The notes under the pieces were generated by a model, which was not told the DNA's origin, made no database searches, and was given only the letters and a program-made list of their open reading frames with translations. The translations under genes were made by a program, and so were the position numbers. From the NCBI GenBank assembly GCA_964360965.1, contig CAYHYM010000006.1, forward strand, positions 12,265-44,264: a stretch of 32,000 bases of DNA, given 5' to 3'. Below are positions 17,389 through 25,534 of this stretch, one piece after another; position 1 is the stretch's first letter, and every line of letters starts with the position of its first letter. Origin of the DNA: an uncultured Gammaproteobacteria bacterium (GTDB lineage Bacteria; Patescibacteriota; Microgenomatia; Daviesbacterales; UBA10151).

Positions 17389-17424
17389 AAGTTTAGTATA
17401 TAGACTTTTTGCATGGAAACAAAA

Positions 17425-17450
17425 TATACACCCATACGTATGAGTGTATA
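17425..17450. promoter_or_regulatory. 26-bp near-perfect palindrome (candidate operator) in a divergent intergenic region
   Basis: TATACACCCATAC|GTATGAGTGTATA, with 12 of 13 positions symmetric and the centre reading ATACGTAT. It overlaps a TATAAA -10-like hexamer (17446-17451) about 40 nt upstream of the ATG at 17489. Confidence 0.45.
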
Positions 17451-17488
17451 AAAATGAACCGAAGAATAAATTGTGTTATTATTAAACC

Positions 17489-18205
17489 ATGCAAAAAGGG
17501 CAAACACAGGTTTTAATATTGGCTGGAATAGTAATTTTACTAGCTTTGGCCGGAGGGATATTTTTCCTGGGCAGACTAACTGCACCTAAAACTCAGACTC
17601 CAGTGGTTACCTCCTCTCCTCAACCATCCCCCTTGTCCACCGAAGCTTCAGCGAAGGTGGAGAATCCCACTACCAACTGGAAAACATATACAAATAGTAC
17701 TTATGGTTACTCTTTCAAGTATCCGGAAGATTGGATCTTGGATACATCTAAAGTGGAACCCGCAACATATAATAATGCTATTGCCTCCCCAAATACAAGT
17801 TCGGTTATTTTAACAAAAGATGGTTATGAATTTAGTTTTTCTTACTACTTAGAGGGAGTAGGCGGTGTATGCTCAATAGCGGCAAAAGTGGAGGAGGTGG
17901 ATATTAGTGGCAGTAAGTTTTTGAAAAAGTATGTGAATACAAAATCAAATCCTCTCTGCTTCCCAGAAGGAGCGGGCGGGGAGGGCTACAAACCAAAACA
18001 AGAGTGTTATGATCATTTCAATGTAATTTGGATAAATAGCTTTCCTGATACGTATTCTTGTGCTTCATCATTTGTGCATATAAATGGAAAAAATTCAGAA
18101 ATATCATTTAGCCTACCTAAATTAATAAAAGTAGGTGATAAAGAATTCTCTCTATATGAGGAAGCATTTAACCAAATCCTTTCCACCTTTAGATTCACCC
18201 AGTAG
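17489..18205 (+). CDS. Secreted or membrane-anchored protein, function unknown
   Basis: ATG at 17489. An N-terminal hydrophobic anchor, then a Pro/Ser/Thr linker, then NWKTYTNSTYGYSFKYPEDW, a pattern common in extracytoplasmic hypotheticals. Confidence 0.55.
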   Translation: MQKGQTQVLILAGIVILLALAGGIFFLGRLTAPKTQTPVVTSSPQPSPLSTEASAKVENPTTNWKTYTNSTYGYSFKYPEDWILDTSKVEPATYNNAIASPNTSSVILTKDGYEFSFSYYLEGVGGVCSIAAKVEEVDISGSKFLKKYVNTKSNPLCFPEGAGGEGYKPKQECYDHFNVIWINSFPDTYSCASSFVHINGKNSEISFSLPKLIKVGDKEFSLYEEAFNQILSTFRFTQ

Positions 18206-18215
18206 AAATTGTCCA

Positions 18216-18250
18216 GTTACGTAATGAGTTACGTAATGCATTACGTAATT
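18216..18250. repeat. Three tandem 12-bp units, each containing the 8-bp palindrome TTACGTAA
   Basis: GTTACGTAATGA / GTTACGTAATGC / ATTACGTAATT. Palindrome copies lie at 18217-18224, 18229-18236 and 18241-18248, an exact 12-bp period. They fill the gap between two convergent genes. Confidence 0.7.
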
Positions 18251-19061
18251 AAACAGATTTTGCCACATCCATCAGTTGTTCAAACGACAGCTTGGTTGGT
18301 TTTGCATCTGGGGCTGCTGAGGAGCCGCATAAAACCATGTGGTGAGATTGATGTAAATACCACTCTTCCTCTGGTTTAATTTCCTTAATTTTTTGATAAA
18401 TTGGTTCTAGATCTATCTCCTCTACAGGAGTAAAAAACTGAACACTACCATATTTAGGATCATACATTAAAAATAATTCCCCACCCTGTTTTTTACAGAA
18501 GGCTCTGTTTACAAAGTGAGATTTAATGGCAAAACTTTTGCCAAATTTAGATTTAAATTCTATCGCAGAATGCCAATCGATCAGCGCTTGTTGCTCTTTT
18601 TTTACAACCTCTAGAATTCTATCTAAAATAGCTGCTCCTAATTTCACTCCCTCTAGAGAATCTTCTTGATTACTTTTCATGGGTCTAATAAAAGCAGGCA
18701 CAGAAAAAGAGTCAAACTCGTAAGGAGAGATTCCCAAATCAATCATCCTGACCCATTCTACTAGTTCATTTAGGGCTAATCTTTCTATCTCATCTTTAGG
18801 TTTTAAATCACTTTCTCTAATCTCTTTCCAAAGTAAAGATGTAGCACAATCTTTTAAATCTCCTTTATGTTCATCATATTTACCTCTACCTACTCCAAAA
18901 TAAACTAGATCTCCCCTTTCTTCTAGGAACTTACCACCAGCAGTTTGAGAGATAAATTCAATCTTGGCATTAGAAAAGTCAGGATGAAATTTTTTAAAAA
19001 GCCAGATAGCTGAGATGTCATCCAGATGGGGATTAATGTGGGTTACCAGATAATTAGGCAT
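18249..19061 (-). CDS. Hypothetical protein; weak resemblance to MYG1/UPF0160-type metal-dependent hydrolases
   Basis: ATG at 19061. THINPHLDDISAIW and GVGRGKYDEHKG loosely recall the MYG1 THxGxFHxDE and DVGG.YD...DHH patterns. This is a low-confidence functional guess. Confidence 0.45.
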   Translation of the reverse strand: MPNYLVTHINPHLDDISAIWLFKKFHPDFSNAKIEFISQTAGGKFLEERGDLVYFGVGRGKYDEHKGDLKDCATSLLWKEIRESDLKPKDEIERLALNELVEWVRMIDLGISPYEFDSFSVPAFIRPMKSNQEDSLEGVKLGAAILDRILEVVKKEQQALIDWHSAIEFKSKFGKSFAIKSHFVNRAFCKKQGGELFLMYDPKYGSVQFFTPVEEIDLEPIYQKIKEIKPEEEWYLHQSHHMVLCGSSAAPDAKPTKLSFEQLMDVAKSV

Positions 19062-19116
19062 TACTTATTCTACCACAACCTGTCCAGATTCTTCTTGATG
19101 ACGACAATCATTAGGA

Positions 19117-19485
19117 TCACCGAGGTTTAATTATCTTTTTTTTATTGTCTGGCTCTTCATTACGTCTGTGAAGAGCGACAGCTACTGTCACTGCCATCCC
19201 AGTCGCTGCTACAGCTGTCGCTCCTGCTGCAATCAGTAGCGCTTTTCCATGACCAGAGACAAAAGCAAAAATATGTTTACCCTCCTTAACCTTAGCCAAA
19301 ATGCCATCATTATCTGGTCGTATTAAAAATTCAACAGCCTTATCCCTTACTCTCTCCACAGTTTCTGGCCTATCGGGGTTTAATGGAGTAGCAACATTAT
19401 CAATCAATACAATTCCAGGAATTATCTCTAAATTAGGTGGATAATCTCCCCATGATTCTGGTAAATCACTTTTTGTTTCTCTCAT
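19117..19485 (-). CDS. Hypothetical protein with C-terminal Ala/Thr/Val-rich TM anchor
   Basis: The ATG at 19485 forms an ATGA overlap with the polA stop. 122 aa, with no recognisable motifs. Confidence 0.45.
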   Translation of the reverse strand: MRETKSDLPESWGDYPPNLEIIPGIVLIDNVATPLNPDRPETVERVRDKAVEFLIRPDNDGILAKVKEGKHIFAFVSGHGKALLIAAGATAVAATGMAVTVAVALHRRNEEPDNKKKIIKPR

Positions 19486-21686
19486 AAGGGTTTCATTTCT
19501 CCCCAGTTTGGGCCTATTTTCAGGTCCACAACCACTGGCACAGATAACTTTATAGCATTTTCCATTTTGTCTTTGACCATCAAGGCCACTTTGTGGACTT
19601 GTGGTGAGCTTGTCGAACCATCACATTCAAATAACAATTCATCATGCACTTGCAGGATCATTGAACAAGATTGCTTTGCTTCGCTCGCAATGACAGAGGA
19701 GATTTCCACCATAGCTTTTTTAATAATGTCAGCTTGGGTTCCCTGTACTGGGTGATTAATAGCCATTCTCTCCCCTGCTGCCTTGATCATTCTATTGCTA
19801 GTTTTAAGTTCTGGGATATATCTTTTTCTTCCCCAAATAGTTTCTACATAGCCATTCTCATATCCAAATTCCAAAGTTTTTTGCATCCATTCTCGAACCT
19901 TTGAGAATTGTTCAAAGTATTCAGTAATATAAGTTCTTGCTTCCTCAAATGAAATTTTTAGCTGACGGGACAAAGCATGTGGACCTTGGCCATACAATGT
20001 TGCAAAGTTCATTGTTTTCCCCACCATTCTTTGCTGTTTGCTTACTTTATCAATAGGTACTTTAAAAATCTTTGAAGCTGTTGCTGCATGAATATCCAAA
20101 CCTTCATCGAATGCTCTTTTTAAATTAGTATCATCAGCCAGATGAGCCATAATCCTCAGCTCAATCTGGGAATAATCTGCTGCCAAAATTATCTTTCCTT
20201 TTGGAGCAAGGAAGGCTTTTCTAATTTCCCCACCCTCCTCCCCTTTCACGGGAATATTTTGTAAATTAGGATTTTGTGAGGAAAGTCTACCTGTAGCAGC
20301 GCCTTCAACATTAAAAGTGGAATGTATCCGACCATCCTGACCCACTGATTTAGGCAGAGCATCAATATAGGTGGATACCAGTTTAAAAAGCTGGCGATAT
20401 TCCAAAAGCATCGGCACCACAGGATGGGCCGTTGCCAATTCATGTAGTGTTTCCTCATCTGTTGATCTACCGGTTTTGGTTTTTCTAAAAACAGGTAAGT
20501 TTAGCTCATCAAAAAGCACTTCTGATAATTGCTTTGGACTGTTTAAATTAATCTGATGGCCTATTTTTGAGTAAATTTCTTTCTCAAGTTTTTGTAGTCT
20601 GCCTTTTAAATCTTTCCCTAATTTGCTTAAAAACTTCAAATCTATTAAAACTCCGGTTTTAGACATTTTCTGTAGGACTTTTTCCACTTCTTGATCTAAA
20701 TTTGTTGTTTTGTCATTCTGATCCTGAGCATTAGCCGAAGGAGAAGAATCTCTAGATTTTAAGTCTTGAGATCCTTCACTAGCGTTCAGGATGACAGAAG
20801 CACCTGGGATCCTTCCAATCAAACTTCTAAACTCCAGCTCTTCAAACAACTTAATCACCTCCTGTTTATCAAAATCGTGCACTTCACATGCTTTTAAATC
20901 CAACCTAATTGGGGCTTTCAAATCCAAAGTTGCCAGTTTTTTACTCATCACAGCTTGCTCTACTCCCTCAGCTAGTAGAGTTTGCAACCTAGTAGGCAGA
21001 GTTTTTAAATTTTTTGGTTGATAGATTTTTTCCACTGAACCAAATTGTTGGATTAACTTGGTAGCCCAAGTTTCCCCTATCCCATTCACCCCAGGGATGT
21101 TATCAGATTGATCTCCAGCTAGGCCCTTATAATCTATTAACTTACTTGGTTCAAAACCATATCTTGTCACAAACTCGCTGACTCCATAAAGCCCCACATC
21201 TTGGAGAGTTTTCCTAGGCATTAACACCTTTATATTTTTATCAATTAACTGCATAATATCTCTATCCCCCGTGATCACTATCACCTCGAGGTTTTTTTGT
21301 TTTTTGGCTTGGGTAGCTAAAGTACCTATCAAATCATCAGCTTCATATCCAGAAAGACTAAATTGAGGAATATTAAAAGCTTTGGCTACTTGATAAACTC
21401 TGTCAAATTGAGAAGATAAACCATCATCAGCTGGACCACGGGTTGCTTTATACTGAGTGTAGGCTTGATGTCTAAAGGTAGGTCCTTTTTCGTCCCAAGT
21501 TAAGCCTAAAAAGTCTGGCTTCAGATCAGCTAAAGCTTTTAAAATCATGGAGGAAAAGCCATAAACCGCATTAACCAACTCACCCTTGGAGGTGGTAAAA
21601 GGAGGAGTGGCATGATAGGCCCTGTGCAACAGAGCGTTACCATCAATCAGAACCAGTCTTCTTGTCCTGAGCAAAGCCCGATTCAT
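19482..21686 (-). CDS. polA: DNA polymerase I, two-domain form (5' nuclease + polymerase, no 3'-5' exonuclease domain)
   Basis: Preferred ATG at 21686 (MNRALL...); the track start is a TTG. 5'-nuclease LVLIDGNALLHRAYHA. Pol motif A is DYSQIELRIMAHL, motif B is RMVGKTMNFATLYG, motif C is QVHDELLFE. Only about 35 residues separate the nuclease domain from the thumb region (VEKVLQKMSKTGVLIDLKFL). Confidence 0.9.
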   Translation of the reverse strand: MNRALLRTRRLVLIDGNALLHRAYHATPPFTTSKGELVNAVYGFSSMILKALADLKPDFLGLTWDEKGPTFRHQAYTQYKATRGPADDGLSSQFDRVYQVAKAFNIPQFSLSGYEADDLIGTLATQAKKQKNLEVIVITGDRDIMQLIDKNIKVLMPRKTLQDVGLYGVSEFVTRYGFEPSKLIDYKGLAGDQSDNIPGVNGIGETWATKLIQQFGSVEKIYQPKNLKTLPTRLQTLLAEGVEQAVMSKKLATLDLKAPIRLDLKACEVHDFDKQEVIKLFEELEFRSLIGRIPGASVILNASEGSQDLKSRDSSPSANAQDQNDKTTNLDQEVEKVLQKMSKTGVLIDLKFLSKLGKDLKGRLQKLEKEIYSKIGHQINLNSPKQLSEVLFDELNLPVFRKTKTGRSTDEETLHELATAHPVVPMLLEYRQLFKLVSTYIDALPKSVGQDGRIHSTFNVEGAATGRLSSQNPNLQNIPVKGEEGGEIRKAFLAPKGKIILAADYSQIELRIMAHLADDTNLKRAFDEGLDIHAATASKIFKVPIDKVSKQQRMVGKTMNFATLYGQGPHALSRQLKISFEEARTYITEYFEQFSKVREWMQKTLEFGYENGYVETIWGRKRYIPELKTSNRMIKAAGERMAINHPVQGTQADIIKKAMVEISSVIASEAKQSCSMILQVHDELLFECDGSTSSPQVHKVALMVKDKMENAIKLSVPVVVDLKIGPNWGEMKPL
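19598..19621 (+). repeat. 24-bp internally deleted family-C repeat inside polA
   Basis: CTTGTGGTGAGC + TT + GTCGAACCAT retains both termini of the 49-bp element. 24 bp equals 8 codons. Confidence 0.6.
19668..19694. repeat. 27-bp single-hairpin element (GTCATTGCGAGCGAAGCAAAGCAATCT on the gene strand) inside polA
   Basis: Encodes VIASEAKQS. It shares the GTCATTGCGAG terminus with the element at 2900-3016. Confidence 0.6.
20712..20795. repeat. 84-bp palindromic element (family B) forming the inter-domain linker of Pol I
   Basis: GTCATTCTGATCCTGAGC...GCGTTCAGGATGAC. 84 bp equals 28 codons (VILNASEGSQDLKSRDSSPSANAQDQND), located exactly between the 5'-nuclease and polymerase domains. Confidence 0.75.
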
Positions 21687-21725
21687 GCTCAAATTGTAAC
21701 ACTACTTGGGGTTAAATTCTAATGA

Positions 21726-22523
21726 TCATTGAGCAGTTGAGGATGGAGTGGAACTGCGGCGATCTCTTTGTTGATTGATCACTTCTTCCTTGATATTCTG
21801 GCGTTTTTTTCGTAAATCCAAAATCTCATCTTTAAGCTTCTCTCTAACATTTTCCCTGCACCCTATTACTCTTTCTTTCAAAGCCTGTTTTTGATCATCA
21901 GCCAAACTTGAGGTTGTTGCTTCCCTGGTTAAGAATCTGCAGGCAAGGGCCTGATGAGCAGCAATTTTTCTGATCAGTTGCTGTTGTCTGGTAATATCCA
22001 GTTTTGTAAGAAGCTCTCTGTTGTGCTGCTCTGCCCGCTTTAAACTTTCCAATATAGCTGCCTTGGCAGAAGGATTTCCCACCTGATCATAAACCCGGGC
22101 CAAAACATCCACATGCCTGGAAATAGCTTCACCTGCTCTGACTGAACTGTCATTACCGCTTTGTGAAAACTGCCCAACTTGAGTAATATGCCTGAGATAT
22201 TTATCCAAAGTGGGCTGGATCATTTCCTGCTGTTTTACTTTGATAAGAGACTTAACCTCTCTTAGTCTTCTTTGGGCAAACTCCAGTTCTCTGTTTAATT
22301 TAGCCTCACTGCTGACAGAGAAGGCCAGTTCAATTTGCTCTCTTAAAGTTTTTAAAAAATACAGCGGGGAGGCCGGATGAACCAAAGATTCACCAATCTC
22401 CACAGCCTCAGGTTCAGGAGCTACGGCAACCAAATCTTCTTCCTGGGCATAGGCTGTTGAGCAATTGGATAAAAAGAGGGTTAAGGATAAAGCCAAAACT
22501 GCCAAGACAATGGTAACGCGCAT
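21726..22523 (-). CDS. Secreted helical protein, DUF5667-like
   Basis: Preferred ATG at 22523 gives a signal-peptide-like MRVTIVLAVLALSLTLFLSNCSTAYA. HPASPLYFLKTLREQIELAF resembles the DUF5667 N-terminal motif as I recall it. Confidence 0.55.
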   Translation of the reverse strand: MRVTIVLAVLALSLTLFLSNCSTAYAQEEDLVAVAPEPEAVEIGESLVHPASPLYFLKTLREQIELAFSVSSEAKLNRELEFAQRRLREVKSLIKVKQQEMIQPTLDKYLRHITQVGQFSQSGNDSSVRAGEAISRHVDVLARVYDQVGNPSAKAAILESLKRAEQHNRELLTKLDITRQQQLIRKIAAHQALACRFLTREATTSSLADDQKQALKERVIGCRENVREKLKDEILDLRKKRQNIKEEVINQQRDRRSSTPSSTAQ

Positions 22524-22558
22524 CTTTAACACTATATTAGTCTACCTTAAATTAAATG

Positions 22559-24400
22559 TCAACTTTTTTTCTTTCCCACCAGTTTTTCAAATTCATCAGT
22601 ATCCAGAGTTTCTTTTTCAAGCAGGGTTTTGGCCACTTTATCAAGCTTGACTCTTTCCATCTTTAAGATTTTTTGAGCTTGTTTATAACAGGCATCAATA
22701 ATCTTTTTTATTTCCACATCTATTTTTGATTGCATTGATTCGGAAACATCCCCTCCTTCATCCGACATCCTGGGCCAAAGACCAAACATGGACCGGGACT
22801 TGATATTAATCGGCCCCAAAGAAGACATGCCATACTCCACCACCATTTCTCTGGCAATGGAGGTGGCAATCTCAATGTCATTGGCAGCCCCGGTTGATAA
22901 ATCCCCAAATACCATCTCCTCTGCTGCCCGACCACCCAAAGCTGTTGATATTTGCTCCAACAGTCTTGATTTGGTTTCATTTGACCTGTCCTCTGTTGGA
23001 GGAAACATGGTGTGACCCCCGGATATACCCCTGGCCACTATGGTGATTCTATGAACCGGATCAATATTGGGCAAGTGGTGCCCTACAATGGCATGACCTG
23101 CCTCATGATAGGCTGCCAATTTTCTGTCTTTTTCAGTCTGCATCCTTTTTCGCTGTGGCCCCAGTTTAACTTTAGTGGCAGCCTCTTCCAAATCTTTAGC
23201 CTCGATTGCTTTTTTGCCCTCCCGAGCTGCTAAAATTGCTGCTTCATTTAACATGTTACTCAGATCCGCTCCGGAAAAACCAACTGTACGTCTGGCCAGT
23301 CTCTCGATGTCAACATCATCTGTAAAGGGTTTACCCTTCATATGAAGTTTGATGATATCTTTTCGCTCCTCAATATCCGGCATATTTAAAACCACCCGCC
23401 TGTCAAATCTGCCTGGACGGACCAGGGCCGGATCCAGCAGATCTGGCCTGTTGGTGGCTGCCAGCACTATCACGCTCTCATTAGGAGTAAATCCATCCAT
23501 CTCCACTAGTATCTGATTTAGGGTTTGCTCTCTCTCATCATGCCCTCCTGACATGCCAAAACCGCGCATTCTGCCAATTGATTCAATCTCATCTATAAAA
23601 ATAATGGCTGGAGCGCTCTTTTTGGCTTGAACAAACATATCACGAACGCGGGAAGCACCAACACCTACCAACATTTCCATAAACTCAGATCCGGCAATTG
23701 AATAAAATGGCACTCCGGCTTCTCCTGCTACGGCGCGCGAAATTAGCGTTTTTCCACATCCGGGTGGACCCACCAAAAGTACTCCTTTGGGCGTTCTGGC
23801 CCCAATCTCTTTATACTTTGCGGGACTTTTTAAAAAATCAACTATCTCTTCAAGTTCCTTTTTGGCCTCATCTGCTCCTGCCACATCGGAAAATTTAATC
23901 TGTGGAGCATCTTTGGTAAAAAGGCGAGCCCTGGATTGGCCAAAAGAAAAAATTCCCCCTCCTGCTTCTTTGGCGTTTCTGAAGATTAAAAAGAAAAATC
24001 CCACCATCAAAAGAATTGGTAAGATCGCCCCTAAAACATTAAGCCAGGCCTCTTGAAAAGAAATATCTTTAATCTCAACTGTGGTTAATTTGGGATCAAC
24101 TCCTGAGGAATCCAGGATTTTATAAATTGACTCACCCGCCTCTTTTCTGGACATTAGTTTTTCATCAGAATCTTTGATTTGAGCAGATACTTTATCTCCT
24201 TCCAAAGATAATTTCTCCACCTTTCCCTCTTTGATCATATTTATAATCTGTGAAATGGGTACCTCATTTGAAGGAATTGAGGAGCCTGACAATTGATAAA
24301 AAAAGATCAAGGAAGCAACAGCAATAAGTGCATAAACAGCCACTCCTTTAAGGATGGATATGATCCGACCATTAAATTTTTTTTTATGGTTATTGGCCAT
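22559..24400 (-). CDS. ftsH: ATP-dependent zinc metalloprotease FtsH
   Basis: ATG at 24400. Two N-terminal TM segments, Walker A GPPGCGKT, Walker B IIFIDEIE, second region of homology, and the HEAGHA zinc motif. Confidence 0.95.
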   Translation of the reverse strand: MANNHKKKFNGRIISILKGVAVYALIAVASLIFFYQLSGSSIPSNEVPISQIINMIKEGKVEKLSLEGDKVSAQIKDSDEKLMSRKEAGESIYKILDSSGVDPKLTTVEIKDISFQEAWLNVLGAILPILLMVGFFFLIFRNAKEAGGGIFSFGQSRARLFTKDAPQIKFSDVAGADEAKKELEEIVDFLKSPAKYKEIGARTPKGVLLVGPPGCGKTLISRAVAGEAGVPFYSIAGSEFMEMLVGVGASRVRDMFVQAKKSAPAIIFIDEIESIGRMRGFGMSGGHDEREQTLNQILVEMDGFTPNESVIVLAATNRPDLLDPALVRPGRFDRRVVLNMPDIEERKDIIKLHMKGKPFTDDVDIERLARRTVGFSGADLSNMLNEAAILAAREGKKAIEAKDLEEAATKVKLGPQRKRMQTEKDRKLAAYHEAGHAIVGHHLPNIDPVHRITIVARGISGGHTMFPPTEDRSNETKSRLLEQISTALGGRAAEEMVFGDLSTGAANDIEIATSIAREMVVEYGMSSLGPINIKSRSMFGLWPRMSDEGGDVSESMQSKIDVEIKKIIDACYKQAQKILKMERVKLDKVAKTLLEKETLDTDEFEKLVGKKKS

Positions 24401-24447
24401 GGTTCGACTACTTCGACTATGCTCAGTACAAGTTCGCTCACCACAAG
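24399..24447 (-). repeat. 49-bp family-C repeat abutting and contributing to the ftsH start codon
   Basis: The minus strand reads CTTGTGGTGAGCGAACTTGTACTGAGCATAGTCGAAGTAGTCGAACCAT followed by G. The conserved terminal ...CCAT supplies the A and T of the ftsH ATG. Confidence 0.75.
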
Positions 24448-24467
24448 TAAAAGAATACTAACATAAA

Positions 24468-24791
24468 TTAACGGATTTTGATACCTGGAGGGACCTTTTT
24501 AGGAACAGTTAAGAAAACTGGACCATTCTTTGTATCAGCTGCAAGCATCATCCCCTGTGACTCAAGTCCTATCATAGTGCGCGGTTCTAAATTTACCACA
24601 ACTACTGCCTGTTTACCCACAAAATCTTTCGGTTTATACCACTGTTTAACTCCTGCTAAAATCTGCCTAGAATTTTCTTCTCCTAAATCAACTTCTAATT
24701 TAATTAGTTTTTCAGATCCTTCCACCTCTTCTGCTTCCAAAACAGTACCCACTCTTAATTCAACTTTGGCAAAATCATCTATAGTAATCAT
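24468..24791 (-). CDS. Stand-alone tRNA-binding domain protein (Trbp111/CsaA/EMAPII-like)
   Basis: ATG at 24791. 107 aa with DFAKVELRVGTVLEAE...KLIKLEVDLGE...VVVVNLEPRTMIGLESQGMMLAA, the OB-fold tRNA-binding domain pattern. Confidence 0.8.
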   Translation of the reverse strand: MITIDDFAKVELRVGTVLEAEEVEGSEKLIKLEVDLGEENSRQILAGVKQWYKPKDFVGKQAVVVVNLEPRTMIGLESQGMMLAADTKNGPVFLTVPKKVPPGIKIR

Positions 24792-24890
24792 GATTTATAA
24801 GTTTTCCAAGTACCAAATTACAAGATTTCTTGGAATACTTGGTACTTCTTGATTAGAAATAATCAATCTTCATAACTTTTTTAACTTTAG

Positions 24891-25232
24891 TTAAAGTTTT
24901 TTGGGTTTTTTAATTTGATGTAGTGTTACCTGAGATGAAATTTCAGATTGTTTAGGTTTCCTACCAAGTGATTTTAACTTTTCCATAATCCACATTCTGA
25001 CCATAGTTGATGGACCTACACCTAATTTAGCGCTTAGTTTTGTAAGTTGGGTCAGGGTTTTCCCATCCATTCTTACCCCTAAAATATGTTGCAAAGGTCT
25101 TACAAATTCAAGCTTAACAGGCTTAAATTCATCTTCAAATTCGGTTGTATCATGAGTATCCCACCACTCCACTTCTTCTTCATAGCTTTTGAATCTTGGG
25201 ATTCTGCTTTTTTTTCTTTTATTTGTAGTCAT
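24891..25232 (-). CDS. brnA: BrnA-like (CopG/RHH-type) antitoxin
   Basis: ATG at 25232, 2 nt after the brnT stop. IPRFKSYEEEVEWWDTHDTTEF followed by an RHH-like C-terminal region is typical of BrnA-family antitoxins. Confidence 0.6.
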   Translation of the reverse strand: MTTNKRKKSRIPRFKSYEEEVEWWDTHDTTEFEDEFKPVKLEFVRPLQHILGVRMDGKTLTQLTKLSAKLGVGPSTMVRMWIMEKLKSLGRKPKQSEISSQVTLHQIKKPKKL

Positions 25233-25234
25233 AG

Positions 25235-25507
25235 TTATTTTATCTTTTTCAAATAGAGTTTCTTTTCATTTTTAGCAGCATCTCTAGCTGTTATTGGATC
25301 AAACCAACCATAATCAGCAGGCTCAATTATAATGACTAAATAACGTCCACTACCTGTCTGCCCAATCAGTCTATACCTACCTTGCTTTGTTTTAACATCA
25401 TAATGTTTACCAAAAACAACTTCTTCTACCTCATCTGGCAAAACTCCGTGTCTTGAGATATGTTCCTCACGCCACTGATTCCAATTCAAACCTTTAATCT
25501 TAATCAT
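25235..25507 (-). CDS. brnT: BrnT-like (DUF497) ribonuclease toxin
   Basis: ATG at 25507, 90 aa. W..W...HI.RHGV..DEVEEVVFG and R..LIGQT..GRYLVIII...ITARDA...EKKLY fit the DUF497/BrnT pattern. Confidence 0.65.
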   Translation of the reverse strand: MIKIKGLNWNQWREEHISRHGVLPDEVEEVVFGKHYDVKTKQGRYRLIGQTGSGRYLVIIIEPADYGWFDPITARDAAKNEKKLYLKKIK

Positions 25508-25534
25508 TGTATAACATTGTTAAACAAAAAGCAA

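Noticed and set aside
17385-17585. 66-aa minus-strand ORF spanning the intergenic region and the 5' end of the secreted-protein gene
   Set aside because: It overlaps the divergent promoter and palindrome region and the start of a better-supported plus-strand gene. It has no motifs and is probably spurious.
18216-18250. Possibility that the 12-bp tandem repeat is a CRISPR array
   Set aside because: The units are contiguous with no spacers. They are only 12 bp long and only three in number, and no cas genes are in the window.
5928-20795. In-frame insertions interpreted as inteins or self-splicing introns
   Set aside because: They are only 9-39 codons long. They lack intein splice-junction residues and blocks and lack group I or II intron structure. 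The stop-free, multiple-of-three lengths fit simple translation better. RNA-level removal cannot be formally excluded without expression data.
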